From Desulfuromonadales bacterium (GTDB taxonomy: Bacteria; Desulfobacterota; Desulfuromonadia; Desulfuromonadales; SZUA-540): a DNA stretch of 64,000 nt. The stretch is from contig JAWSUS010000016.1 of NCBI GenBank assembly GCA_033549025.1, positions 1 to 64,000 on the forward strand. The letters are read 5' to 3'. The notes under the pieces are model-generated. The model ran no database searches. It saw only the letters and a list, made by a program, of their open reading frames with translations, and was not told where the DNA came from. A program made the position numbers and the translations under genes. Shown here one piece after another: positions 17,805 through 27,959 of the stretch (position 1 is its first letter; the number at the start of each line of letters is the position of its first letter).

Positions 17805-18722
17805 TCAGACCTGACCATCGGGATCAATTTTTTCAACATGGGCGCTCAGGGCACCATTTTCAAGATCGATCCTTACCTGCATGAGAACTTCCTTGACCTG
17901 TTCGTCATATTTCACCGTAACGGGGAGAACAATCCGGTTCCCTCCCCCCCGCGGACGGCCCAAACCGACCAGGGTGACGGCAGGGGGGGAGGCCACCTCC
18001 GCCTGGGCCACTGCCGTTTGACCGGAAGCCGAAACTGGTGGCGCGGAAGAGGCCAGCTTGTCCGAGTCTTTGCGCAGAGCGCGGTAAGAGGCCCCCATAT
18101 CGCGCTCTGCGGACCGCTCTTCATCCCCAGCGGGTCGGTGCACGTTTCGCAGCCGATGGAGAACCATTTTGGAGATGGTGGTCATCGTCTGCAGCACACC
18201 ACGCCCGTTGAGGGCGCTGGCAGCAAAAGAGGGCACCTTGTCCCGGTTCAGTAAGCGATCCATTTCTTCAATCGGCAGCACATCGGGAAGATCCCGCTTA
18301 TTGTACTGGATGATATAGGGGATATCTTCCAATCGTCGGCCATATCCGGCCATATTGTCCCGCAGGTTCTGCAAGCTGTCCAGGTTGGCCTGCATCATGC
18401 CCGGCTGGGAGTCGGCGACAAAGACAATACCATCCACCCCTTTGAGAACCATCTTGCGCGTACCGTTGTAATAGACCTGCCCCGGCACGGTATAAAGATG
18501 AAAGCGGGTCTTCAAGCCCTTGATCTCTCCGAGCTCAACGGGAAGAAAATCGAAGAAGAGGGTCCTGTCCTGCTGGGTTGCCAGACTGAGAAGCTTGCCG
18601 CGGTTCTCGGGTTTGAGTTTGTCGTGAATGTATTTGATATTGGTGGTCTTGCCGCACAAGGCCGGGCCGTAATAGACAATTTTGGCGTTTATTTCCCGCT
18701 TGGATTGGTTAAAAAGGGCCAT
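17805..18722 (-). CDS. MglA-like small GTPase with C-terminal extension
   Basis: KIVYYGPALCGKTTN, RTLFFDFLP, YTVPGQV, GVDGIVFVADS and YNKRD; about 110 extra C-terminal residues. Confidence 0.88.
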   Translation of the reverse strand: MALFNQSKREINAKIVYYGPALCGKTTNIKYIHDKLKPENRGKLLSLATQQDRTLFFDFLPVELGEIKGLKTRFHLYTVPGQVYYNGTRKMVLKGVDGIVFVADSQPGMMQANLDSLQNLRDNMAGYGRRLEDIPYIIQYNKRDLPDVLPIEEMDRLLNRDKVPSFAASALNGRGVLQTMTTISKMVLHRLRNVHRPAGDEERSAERDMGASYRALRKDSDKLASSAPPVSASGQTAVAQAEVASPPAVTLVGLGRPRGGGNRIVLPVTVKYDEQVKEVLMQVRIDLENGALSAHVEKIDPDGQV

Positions 18723-18730
18723 GGAGAGTC

Positions 18731-19717
18731 CTATTTCTTTTGGTCTTTGGCGATAAGCATCCGCCTCGCGTTATTGACAATAACCGCAGAGACCCCACGG
18801 CTGCCAGCCAGGTTCTTGATATCCTTCTCCGTCAGTACATTCATGTAGCGCAGCGCCGTCGGTAGCGGGGTGCGTGGATGCTCCACCAGCGCTTTTTTAA
18901 TTTCATAGAGTTTGACCCATTCGCGGTTCAGGGTGATGAGCCGGATGAGCTCGTCACTGGAACTTTTGTTTTTGGCAATGGCCAGTACCTCACCATCGGT
19001 AATGCGGGGATTTTTCAGCACAGCGGCGGAAACCAGCTTGTTGGCATCCTTGATAAAGATCCCGCGCCATTCCTTATCCCCGGTCAGAGCCATCTTGATT
19101 TTCGCGGAAACGCCCATTTCCAGGGCTTTCTGATATTTGGACAGGGAGCCTTCTTCCTCGGAATTCTCTTCGGCAGCCGCCTCGCCCTCGCGGGAATCTT
19201 CGGGAGGAGGTTCTTCGCCGTGGATTTCCGCCCCACCCTCAAGAACCGCGGTCGCCCGGGGATTGGCCTGAAGCGCCTCAAGAACCTCGGGGGCGGCTGC
19301 CAGGAGATCCTGACGGTGGGCCAGCAGTGAAAGCAGGCGGGGACTGCCATGCCGGGCCATGTGCAGCAGGGTGGCCGGCTGCAGGTTGCCGCAATCGAGC
19401 AACACCGTCACGACATCTTCCTCCTCAAGGCGAAGACGCGCAATGAGGTCAAGAAAGCGGGGATGACGGTCAGGAACCTCAAGCAACGTTGTCAGTCTGG
19501 ACACGGGGAGAGTACGCAACGTGGACTTGGCGGCCTCGCGGAGTTCCCCGTCAGGGCTGAACGCCAGAAAAAAGAGGAGATCGCCCTGATCCCGGGCGCC
19601 AAGATTCAGAGCTCCCCGGGCAGCCTGCAACTGCTCGCTCCGGGGAGCTCCGTTTTGGACAAGGCGGGCCACCTCAGGTGAAACCTTGAGACGCACCGAT
19701 TGTTTTTTATCAGTCAT
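18731..19717 (-). CDS. Conserved hypothetical helical protein
   Basis: Long ORF with host codon usage, an acidic linker and a C-terminal AVLKNPRITDGEV...HPRTP domain; tight spacing with its neighbours. Confidence 0.75.
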   Translation of the reverse strand: MTDKKQSVRLKVSPEVARLVQNGAPRSEQLQAARGALNLGARDQGDLLFFLAFSPDGELREAAKSTLRTLPVSRLTTLLEVPDRHPRFLDLIARLRLEEEDVVTVLLDCGNLQPATLLHMARHGSPRLLSLLAHRQDLLAAAPEVLEALQANPRATAVLEGGAEIHGEEPPPEDSREGEAAAEENSEEEGSLSKYQKALEMGVSAKIKMALTGDKEWRGIFIKDANKLVSAAVLKNPRITDGEVLAIAKNKSSSDELIRLITLNREWVKLYEIKKALVEHPRTPLPTALRYMNVLTEKDIKNLAGSRGVSAVIVNNARRMLIAKDQKK

Positions 19718-19746
19718 CGATAGCGAAAAATCCGGAAATCGCTCCC

Positions 19747-20874
19747 CTAGGGGGCAAGGGCCGTAATCATGGTTTCAAGACCGGCCTTTTGCGCCGCCGC
19801 GGCGGCTTTCTGGGCTTCGGCCTTATCCGAGAATTCGCCGAAACTGATCAGCATCATTTTCAGGTCGACAGGGCTGCGCTCTTCATCGACGTGAAGGCCC
19901 TTCTCTTTCAAGGAAGCGGCGAAACGATCAGCGAGCTTCTTGTCCTGGAAAGAGGCCGCGTAAATCACCATCAATTCTCCCTTCTGGACGGCAAAGGCAT
20001 CGGGAGCAAGAGGAAGGATCTCCTGCAATTTCTGGCGCCCCTCGTCAGGATAAAAGGCCCCCAGGCGAAGACGAATCATATCCACCTGGCGCTGGACAGC
20101 CTTGACCTGAGGTTCGTACCCCAGCGCCTGCACCATCTTCTTGGCCCTCTCCAGACTGGCGTTGCGGGTATAGGCTCCCGCCTGAATGGTGTAACGGGCT
20201 TCGGAAGTCGAGGCCGCTACGGGCGCAGCCGCAGCTGAGTCGGTAGATGCTTTTTCACTCTCTGCCGGCGCCACTTCGGCCGTCTTGACCGCCGGGGCTG
20301 CGGTTTTCTCCGTCGGCATGGCGGTTGCCACCTTGGCATCATCAGCGGGCTTGCTGGTCACCACCTTGTTTTCTTCAGCGGGCTTGGGGGCGGCTACTTT
20401 GGTCTCGACGACCGGCTGTTTGGCTGGAACCGCTTTGGCGGCAGGTGTCTGAGTTTCGGCTGCAGGCTGATCCGTTTTGGCGACAGCGGGCGCCTGACCC
20501 GTATCCGCAGTGGTCTTCTTCGACGCATCTGCCACCTGCTGAGCCGCTGGCTCTTTTGCCTTCTCCACCGCCGGCTTACTTGGCTTCGACTGGGATTCCG
20601 CCGGCCGGGCAGGCACCGCGATCGGTTGCTTCTTGGCCACCTTGGCCGTCACAGGCGGCGCACTCGAAGGCTGCACAAAGAAATAATAAGCACCTGCTCC
20701 GACCGCGACCAGCAGCAGAACCAGCAGGAGCATCGGTGCGGAACTTTTCTTCTTGCCGGCCAACTCGGCGCCTTCGTCCGGCAGGGGCTCGTCAAAATCG
20801 AAGCCACCTTCATCCATATCCGGCCCTGCCTCTTCGGGTTGTTCTTCAAAGTCGAAGTCGTTCTTGTCTGTCAT
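19747..20874 (-). CDS. Membrane-anchored SPOR domain protein
   Basis: Acidic N-terminus, one TM helix, Ala/Pro/Lys linker and YTIQAGAY SPOR-type repeats. Confidence 0.8.
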   Translation of the reverse strand: MTDKNDFDFEEQPEEAGPDMDEGGFDFDEPLPDEGAELAGKKKSSAPMLLLVLLLVAVGAGAYYFFVQPSSAPPVTAKVAKKQPIAVPARPAESQSKPSKPAVEKAKEPAAQQVADASKKTTADTGQAPAVAKTDQPAAETQTPAAKAVPAKQPVVETKVAAPKPAEENKVVTSKPADDAKVATAMPTEKTAAPAVKTAEVAPAESEKASTDSAAAAPVAASTSEARYTIQAGAYTRNASLERAKKMVQALGYEPQVKAVQRQVDMIRLRLGAFYPDEGRQKLQEILPLAPDAFAVQKGELMVIYAASFQDKKLADRFAASLKEKGLHVDEERSPVDLKMMLISFGEFSDKAEAQKAAAAAQKAGLETMITALAP

Positions 20875-20911
20875 GGGAAAATCGATCTCCTTTACAAAGT
20901 TGATGGAGCCG

Positions 20912-22990
20912 TTATTCGGCTTTTTTCACATCTGCAAGAATTTTTGCCGTCAAATGGGTGGGCACCTCTTCGTAGTGCGAAAAACTCATGGTAAAAAGTC
21001 CCCGGTCCGACGTCATGGAACGAAGTTCGGGGGCATATTTAAGGACCTCGGCCATGGGCACCTGCACGGCAATGACCTGGCTGTTCGCCTTGGGTTCGAC
21101 ACCGAGAACCTTGCCGCGGCGCGAGTTCATATCCCCGATGATGTCCCCGATACAATCGTCGGGAACGGTAATTTCCATGTGCATGATCGGTTCCAGCAGA
21201 ACCGGGGTGGACTGCTCCATCCCTTTTTTGAAGCCCATAGAGCCGGCGATTTTAAAGGCCATTTCGGAAGAATCGACTGAGTGATGGGAACCGTCGAACA
21301 GGGTCACTTTGACGTCCACGACCGGGAAGCCCCCCAAGGTGCCTTGCTGCATGGCTTCCTGCGCACCTTTTTCGACGGCCGGGATATACTGTCTGGGCAC
21401 GACCCCACCCACAACCTTGTCGACAAATTCGAAACCACCCCCCCGTGGCAGCGGCTCGATCTCCAGCCAGACATCGGCGTACTGTCCCCGACCGCCCGAC
21501 TGTTTCTTGTACTTGCTCTGCAGTTTGGCCTTGCCCTTGATCGTCTCGTGATAGGGGACTTTAGGCTGTTTGAGTTCGACCTCTACCCCGTATTTGCGTT
21601 TCATCTTTTCCACCGTCACCTCAAGATGAACCTGTCCCATGCCTTCGAGAATCATTTCATGGGTTTCTTCATCCCGGTGGATCCGCAGGGTGGGGTCTTC
21701 CTCGGTCAGTCGCTGCAGGGCATTATGGATCTTGTCTTCATCGTTTTTGCTCTTTGCCTCGATGGCGAAGGATATGACGGGCGTCAGCGGCAGAGGGCTT
21801 TCGTAGAGAATGGGTTTGGCGGCATCGCAAAGGGTGTCCCCCGTCATGGTGACCTTGAGCTTGGGAACGGCGACGATATCTCCCGCTGCGGCCACGTCGA
21901 CCGCCTTCTGCTTTTTGCCCTCAAGCTCAAAGATCTGGCCGATGCGTTCTGTCGTTTCCCGGTTGGGGTTGTAAACAGACGAATCGGAACGCAGCGCTCC
22001 CGAGTAAACCCTGAAAAGGGTGAGCTTGCCGGTAAAGGGGTCGCTGATGGTCTTGAACACCATGGCGGAAAAAGGCTCTTCCTCGCTGGGAGAGCGTTCT
22101 TCCAGATCGCCCGTTTTTGGATTTTTCCCCACCTGAATACCCTTGTCCAGCGGCGAAGGAAGGCAACGCACGATGTAGTCGAGCAGTTGCCGCACACCAA
22201 CATTGACCAGGGCGCTGCCGCAAAAGACCGGGGTAAAGACCCCGGTCAGGGTTCCCTCCCGCAGACCGAGCAGAATATCCTCGGTGGAAAGAGTCTCCTC
22301 CTCCAGATATTTTTCCATGAGCGCATCGTCGGCATCGGCGACCGCTTCGACGAGAAGGTTCCGCAGCCGGTTGGCCTCTTCCAGATACTCTGCGGGGACA
22401 TCCTTCTCTTCGTAGGTCCCTTTCTGGTCAAACGCGTAAAAACGGGCCTTCATGTGAACCAGGTCGATGGTCCCCTTGAAATCAGCCTCAGCCCCCATGG
22501 GCATGGTGACAATGACGGCGCGGCTCGACAGGGTTTTTTCCATGTCGTCCACGGCCCGCAGAAAATCCGCACGCTCTCGGTCCATTTTGTTGACGAAGGC
22601 GATACGGGGGACTTCAAACTCCTCGGCCCATTCCCAGATCTTTTGGGTTTGGGCCTTGACGCCTGAAATGGCGGAGACGATAAGAACCGCGCCGCCCAGT
22701 ACGCGCATGCAGTTACGGGTGTCATGCAGAAAGTTGGTGTAGCCGGGCGTGTCGACGATGTGCAGGCTGTGACCGTTCCATTCACAATGATGCAGGCTGG
22801 AACTGATGGTAATGTGCCGTTTGATTTCTTCCGGATCGAAATCCATGTTGGAGGTGCCGTCGTCCACCTTGCCAAGCCGGTCGGTCATGCCGGTATTGAA
22901 CAGGATGGCCTCGGTCAACGAGGTCTTGCCCGCTCCTCCGTGCGCTACAATTCCCAGGTTCCTCAGCTTTGCCGTATCGTACTTTCCCAT
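20912..22990 (-). CDS. fusA: Elongation factor G paralog (EF-G2 type)
   Basis: AHGGAGKTSL, DTPGY, NKMD, KKQSGGRGQY and HHSVDSSEMAF. Divergent G1/G2 motifs, and not in an rpsL-rpsG operon. Confidence 0.92.
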   Translation of the reverse strand: MGKYDTAKLRNLGIVAHGGAGKTSLTEAILFNTGMTDRLGKVDDGTSNMDFDPEEIKRHITISSSLHHCEWNGHSLHIVDTPGYTNFLHDTRNCMRVLGGAVLIVSAISGVKAQTQKIWEWAEEFEVPRIAFVNKMDRERADFLRAVDDMEKTLSSRAVIVTMPMGAEADFKGTIDLVHMKARFYAFDQKGTYEEKDVPAEYLEEANRLRNLLVEAVADADDALMEKYLEEETLSTEDILLGLREGTLTGVFTPVFCGSALVNVGVRQLLDYIVRCLPSPLDKGIQVGKNPKTGDLEERSPSEEEPFSAMVFKTISDPFTGKLTLFRVYSGALRSDSSVYNPNRETTERIGQIFELEGKKQKAVDVAAAGDIVAVPKLKVTMTGDTLCDAAKPILYESPLPLTPVISFAIEAKSKNDEDKIHNALQRLTEEDPTLRIHRDEETHEMILEGMGQVHLEVTVEKMKRKYGVEVELKQPKVPYHETIKGKAKLQSKYKKQSGGRGQYADVWLEIEPLPRGGGFEFVDKVVGGVVPRQYIPAVEKGAQEAMQQGTLGGFPVVDVKVTLFDGSHHSVDSSEMAFKIAGSMGFKKGMEQSTPVLLEPIMHMEITVPDDCIGDIIGDMNSRRGKVLGVEPKANSQVIAVQVPMAEVLKYAPELRSMTSDRGLFTMSFSHYEEVPTHLTAKILADVKKAE

Positions 22991-23186
22991 AGCCGCTCCT
23001 TTCATTCCATGACAGGTTGATGGTTTAAAGGATTCTTGCAGGAAAACAACGAACAGAGCGGCCTTGTCGGCCACCCGGGCAGAAGGAACCTGCCCTATTG
23101 GGGGGACGTCGCGTCCGGCTGCACTAAGCGCGGGACACTAACCCTCCATCTGCTGAACATGTCATTACAAAAAAGCCGGTTACCAA

Positions 23187-23214
23187 ATTGTAGCACGCCC
23201 GTCAGGAGCGTCAA
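23187..23214 (-). promoter_or_regulatory. Sigma70 promoter of the fusA paralog
   Basis: Minus strand TTGACG-N16-TACAAT with a TG extension. Confidence 0.55.
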
Positions 23215-23217
23215 AAA

Positions 23218-23985
23218 TCACCCTCGGTTGCGTTCGTAAATGATTCGCAGGCCTTCCAGGGTGAGAAAGGGGTCGACTTCGTCGATCGTCTGGGAAGCCG
23301 TGGCGATCTGTTCGGCCAGACCACCCGTGGCCATGACGTACGGTTCTTCGTTCGACTCCTGCTTCATGCGCTGCACGATGCCGTCTACCAGGCCGGCATA
23401 GCCATAAAAAATGCCGGACTGCATGCTGTTGACGGTGTTCTTGGCGATCACCTGGGGAGGACGGGAGAATTCCACCCGCGGCAGCTTGCTGGCCCGCTCA
23501 AAGAGGGCCTCGGCCGAAATCCCCATCCCGGGGGCGATGGCGCCGCCCTGGTACTCACCGCGGGCAGAGATAAAATCGAAGGTGGTGGCCGTCCCGAAAT
23601 CGACGATAATCAGGCAGCGTTGCTTCTTTTCGAAAGCGGCCACGGCATTGACGATGCGATCGGCGCCGACCTCCCGGGGATTTTCGTATTGAATAGGCAT
23701 CCCCGTCTTGATGCCCGGTCCGACCACGTAAGGCTTGAGTTTGAAGTAATCCCGGCACAGCCCTTCCAGCGTATTGAGCATGGGGGGCACCACGCAGGAA
23801 ACGATAACGTCTTTGATATCGGTGAAATGGATACCGGAGAGATGGAACAGTTCGTGGATGAGCATGGCGTATTCATCCACGGTTCGTGACTTGTCGGTGG
23901 TCACCCGCCAACTGCGGACCAGATTTTCATCCCGGTACATTCCCAGGACCGTATTGGAATTGCCTACATCAATGACCAGCAGCAT
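23218..23985 (-). CDS. coaX: Type III pantothenate kinase
   Basis: IDVGNSN, GADR, DFGTATT, GGAIAPG and ATGG. Confidence 0.95.
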   Translation of the reverse strand: MLLVIDVGNSNTVLGMYRDENLVRSWRVTTDKSRTVDEYAMLIHELFHLSGIHFTDIKDVIVSCVVPPMLNTLEGLCRDYFKLKPYVVGPGIKTGMPIQYENPREVGADRIVNAVAAFEKKQRCLIIVDFGTATTFDFISARGEYQGGAIAPGMGISAEALFERASKLPRVEFSRPPQVIAKNTVNSMQSGIFYGYAGLVDGIVQRMKQESNEEPYVMATGGLAEQIATASQTIDEVDPFLTLEGLRIIYERNRG

Positions 23986-24034
23986 ATAAAGTGCATCTCC
24001 GTGAGGTAGTTATGTTCCGGCAAAAGTGCCTGGG

Positions 24035-25018
24035 TCACAAAGGACGAACGTCGCCGGCCAGCACCCTTTCGGTGGCGCCGGAGTCGAGCCGCAGCAGCAG
24101 GGCGCCGTCCGTATCGATCCCGGTGACGGTCCCCTGCAGGCGGCGATCCTGAAAATCGACCTCGACCACCTTGCCCTGCCAGGCAAAAAAGCGGCTCCAG
24201 GCTGCCGCGATGGGCTTGAAGCCCTCCTGCAGATAGGTGTTGTAAAGAGCATCCAATTCCCGGTAGAGAATCCGGGCGAAAGCCAGGCGGGAGATCTCCC
24301 TGCCTGTCTCTAACGCGAGGGAGGTTGCCGGGTAGCGCAGATTGTCGGGGAACTGGCTCTTCGTCATGTTGAGATTCACGCCGATTCCCATCACCATATA
24401 GTGGATCCCTTCCATCTCGGCGTCGATTTCGTTGAGAATGCCGGCCACTTTTTTGCCGTCAATCAGCACGTCATTGGGCCACTTGACCTGAGGATTAAGG
24501 CCACATAAATCGTTAATCGCCCGGGCGACGGCCACGGAAGAGAGAAAGGTCAGCTGGGTGGCCCAGCGCGGGAGAATCGAAGGTCGCAGAAGAATACTGG
24601 TGTAGAGATTGACGCCGTAGGGGGAAGCCCAGGGCCGTCCCAGACGCCCCTTTCCAGCCGTCTGCTGGTCGGCGATGATCACCAGACCTTCTTCGGCGCC
24701 GGCCTTGCCGTATTCATGGGCAACCCGGTTGGTGGAGTCGGTCTCTTCGAGGAGAACAACTTCCCGGCCGATGCAGCTTGTCTCCAGATTAGCCTGAATT
24801 TCGGCGGGGATGAGCGTATCGGGCGTCTGCGTCAACCGGTATCCCCGCGAGGCGGCGGATTCGATACCGTACCCCTGCTCCCTCAGCAGTCCGATATGCT
24901 TCCAGACGGCCGTGCGGGAAATACCGAGGGTCTGGCTTATCTCCTCGCCGGACACAAACTCGCCCTTCCTCTGGCGAAAAACACGAAGGATGGCGTCGCG
25001 GGTTCCTGGTGTGCTCAT
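24035..25018 (-). CDS. birA: Bifunctional biotin ligase/repressor
   Basis: N-terminal HTH (SRTAVWK), DSTN, QTAGKGRLGRPW, KWPND and KKVAGIL. Confidence 0.95.
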   Translation of the reverse strand: MSTPGTRDAILRVFRQRKGEFVSGEEISQTLGISRTAVWKHIGLLREQGYGIESAASRGYRLTQTPDTLIPAEIQANLETSCIGREVVLLEETDSTNRVAHEYGKAGAEEGLVIIADQQTAGKGRLGRPWASPYGVNLYTSILLRPSILPRWATQLTFLSSVAVARAINDLCGLNPQVKWPNDVLIDGKKVAGILNEIDAEMEGIHYMVMGIGVNLNMTKSQFPDNLRYPATSLALETGREISRLAFARILYRELDALYNTYLQEGFKPIAAAWSRFFAWQGKVVEVDFQDRRLQGTVTGIDTDGALLLRLDSGATERVLAGDVRPL

Positions 25019-25034
25019 TGTCTTCCTGTTCCGG

Positions 25035-25859
25035 TTATTGGAAGAGCATGGAAATATCCACCGCCCGGCTGGAATGAGTCAGAGCCCCGACGGAGATGAG
25101 ATCCACACCGGTTTCGGCAATATCCCGTACGGTTTCGAGATTGACGCCGCCCGAGGCTTCGCAGAGAGCGCGACCGGCAATGAGGGCCACCGACTCGCGC
25201 AGTTCGCTCAGCGACATGTTGTCGAGGAGCAGGATATCGGCGCCAGCCGCCAGCGCCTCTTTCACTTCATCCAGGTTGCGGGTTTCCACCTCAATCCTGA
25301 GGGTATGAGGGACCCGTTCCCGTGCCCGTCGAACCGCCGTTTCAATGCCTCCGGCCGCGGCCACGTGGTTTTCCTTGATGAGGACGCCGTCATAAAGGGA
25401 GGTACGATGGTTGCGGCCACCGCCCATACGCACCGAGTATTTTTCCAGAACGCGCAGGCCGGGGGTCGTCTTACGGGTATCGACAATGGTCGCCTTGGTC
25501 CCGGCCACGGCTTTGACGAACAGGGAGGTCTGGGTAGCGATACCGCTCATGCGCTGCAGAAGATTCAGCGCCACCCGCTCCCCCTGCAGAAGAACGGCAG
25601 CGGCCCCCCGCAGCCAGGCGAGGACTTCCCCACGACGAACGGCCTGGCCGTCCTCTTTAAGTTTTTCAAAGGCGATGCCGGCATCGAGAAGGGAAAAGAC
25701 CCGGCCGCACACGTCAATGCCGCTGAGGATAAAATCTTCTTTGGCGACCAGTTCGGCCCGACTCTGGGTTTGCGCCTCGACGGTGGCCAACGTGGTGACA
25801 TCCCCGAGGCCAATGTCCTCCTGCAGGGCGTTGCGAATAATATGATCGATCTCAAACAT
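25035..25859 (-). CDS. nadC: Quinolinate phosphoribosyltransferase
   Basis: ED..GDVTT, ERVALN, DTRKTTPG, IKENH, EVE, LLDN, EASGG and SVGALTHS. Confidence 0.95.
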   Translation of the reverse strand: MFEIDHIIRNALQEDIGLGDVTTLATVEAQTQSRAELVAKEDFILSGIDVCGRVFSLLDAGIAFEKLKEDGQAVRRGEVLAWLRGAAAVLLQGERVALNLLQRMSGIATQTSLFVKAVAGTKATIVDTRKTTPGLRVLEKYSVRMGGGRNHRTSLYDGVLIKENHVAAAGGIETAVRRARERVPHTLRIEVETRNLDEVKEALAAGADILLLDNMSLSELRESVALIAGRALCEASGGVNLETVRDIAETGVDLISVGALTHSSRAVDISMLFQ

Positions 25860-26076
25860 ACTTTCCCCCGTGTAACGTATTGAAAACCATATCCTTATAG
25901 CACGTCCACCAGAGCCGCCGCAACACAAAAGCCCGGCGCGAAAGGAGGAATTTACCTTTGCTTCTTTAGGTGTTATGCTTTGCGGAAGTCACCGAAACCT
26001 CCGCTGCATCGGTACGGCTCACGACTGGCCTCATGCCGCGTACAGACTCTCAACTCAACAAAAAAGGACGGACAAC

Positions 26077-26970
26077 GTGCGATCCCTCAAGGCATTTATC
26101 CTGGCGACCCTCATTTCCCTGACCCTCACCGCCTGCGTCAGCAAAGCGGATTACCAGCGCAAAGCCGATCAGGCGGCCATCCTGGCGGCCAGCATCGAAG
26201 AACTCGAAGCGGACTACCAGGCGCTGTTGCGTATCAACGGCGACCTGCTGACCTACAACGAAAAGATCGAGGGACAATTCGATGAAGCCCGGCTGCGGAA
26301 CGATGCTTTGGAACAGGATCTTGTGCGGGCCCGCTCCGACCTGGAGCGCATCGAGTCCGTGCTGACGGCCAGGGATGAGGAAACGGGAGAAGCCCTGGCC
26401 CAGATGCGCCAGGAAATAGACCGCCTGGAGACGGCCAACCGTGCCTTGCGACAGGAAATCGAACAGGAACGCATTGCCAGGGAAGCACGCGTGGCCCACC
26501 TGAAAAGCACCTACGATGAACTTGTGGAGAAGATGGAACAGGAGATTTCCCGGGGGGAGATCACCATCTCCGAGCTTCAGGGAAAACTGACGGTCAATAT
26601 GGTGGAGCGTATTCTCTTCGATTCGGGCAAGGCCGATATCAAACCGGCCGGAAAGGAAGTTCTCAAGCGGGTCGGCAAAGTCCTCAAGGGGGTCGACAAC
26701 AAGGAAATCCGCGTCGAAGGGCATACGGACAACGTGCCAATAAGCCCCCGCCTGCAGGACATCTTCCCCAGCAACTGGGAGCTTTCCACCGCCCGGGCAA
26801 CGAATGTCGTGCACTTTCTGCAGGAAGAGTCGAAAATCCCCGGCTCTCTTCTGGCGGCCTGTGGCTATGGCGAATTCAGGCCCATTGCCAGCAATGCCAG
26901 CGCCCAGGGCCGGGCCCAGAATCGTCGCATCCAGATTGTTCTCGCCCCCATGGATATAGCGTCGCCCTGA
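26077..26970 (+). CDS. OmpA/MotB-family lipoprotein with long coiled coil
   Basis: Lipobox LTAC, coiled coil, LFDSG, VEGHTDN, NWELSTARA and NRRIQI. Confidence 0.88.
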   Translation: MRSLKAFILATLISLTLTACVSKADYQRKADQAAILAASIEELEADYQALLRINGDLLTYNEKIEGQFDEARLRNDALEQDLVRARSDLERIESVLTARDEETGEALAQMRQEIDRLETANRALRQEIEQERIAREARVAHLKSTYDELVEKMEQEISRGEITISELQGKLTVNMVERILFDSGKADIKPAGKEVLKRVGKVLKGVDNKEIRVEGHTDNVPISPRLQDIFPSNWELSTARATNVVHFLQEESKIPGSLLAACGYGEFRPIASNASAQGRAQNRRIQIVLAPMDIASP

Positions 26971-26981
26971 CCGATAGGGCT

Positions 26982-27920
26982 TTAACGTCTGGACAAGACA
27001 GCCTGGATTCCCTTGCTCATCTCCGCCTGCATGACCTCGACGTCTTTCGCCGCGGCCGTCAGACTGGCGGATCGGCCCAGGGCCGCAAAGAAATCCTTCA
27101 TGGAGTCCTCCGATCCCGGCACCAGTTCCTCGAAGGCCTTTTCCACCAGGTAAGCGCCGATCTTGCCCAGATGCTGTTCGGCTACTCCCTGGAGGAAAAT
27201 CAGCAGGCTTTCATTGCGTTCATCTTTGACCTTCCCTCTGGCGGCCGGCTCTACCGGCCGCCGTTCATTTTTCGCCTCGGCTAAAACCAGATGCCAGATG
27301 GCCGTCAGTTGTCCCGCGTCCATCAGGTCCTGCAGCGAGGATTCTTCGGCGATATCGCTGGTCAGCACGTCGACTTTGGCGCCAGGCAGACGCGCAACGG
27401 AAAGGGACGTATCGACCGTCGTTTCCAGGTCCTTGGAGCCGTCGTGGAAAAACCCCAGGGGCTGCCCCTCACGGTAAAAGATCAGCGCCACCCGCTCATC
27501 CGTATAGATGCGCAGGCACCCGGTGATGGCGTCCTCCTTGAGACTTTTCAGCAGCAGGCGAATATCCATGAACCGGAGTTCCTGCCCGCGATAGAGCACT
27601 TCGCCATGCAGCAGGGCATGAATGCCCATGGCCAGTTCGGCAGACAGACGGTAAATATCCAGGATCGCCTCGCCCGTGCGGGAATGGCTGAAGATGCGAC
27701 CAATGGCCTGATAGCCCGTGAGACGTTGGTGATCTGCCGCATACAGGGCACTGATCAGCTTGCCCACATGAAAGATGAGGATTCCGACGCCGGCCGACGT
27801 GTCAAAACGCAGATATCCGGTAAAATGCCCCTCATGGAGCTTGCCGAGCGCTTCCGGAAGATTGACCTTGGCCGGATTGAGCTTTTCTTTGACCGGATTC
27901 CCCCTAGGCAGCAAAATCAT
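26982..27920 (-). CDS. Hypothetical protein with two DUF4388-like repeats
   Basis: Internal repeat L..L......FTGYLR / L..L......ITGCLR followed by G.LIF..G. Confidence 0.7.
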   Translation of the reverse strand: MILLPRGNPVKEKLNPAKVNLPEALGKLHEGHFTGYLRFDTSAGVGILIFHVGKLISALYAADHQRLTGYQAIGRIFSHSRTGEAILDIYRLSAELAMGIHALLHGEVLYRGQELRFMDIRLLLKSLKEDAITGCLRIYTDERVALIFYREGQPLGFFHDGSKDLETTVDTSLSVARLPGAKVDVLTSDIAEESSLQDLMDAGQLTAIWHLVLAEAKNERRPVEPAARGKVKDERNESLLIFLQGVAEQHLGKIGAYLVEKAFEELVPGSEDSMKDFFAALGRSASLTAAAKDVEVMQAEMSKGIQAVLSRR

Positions 27921-27959
27921 GACAATTCCTCACTAAAACCAATTAAAAACAGCGATTTT

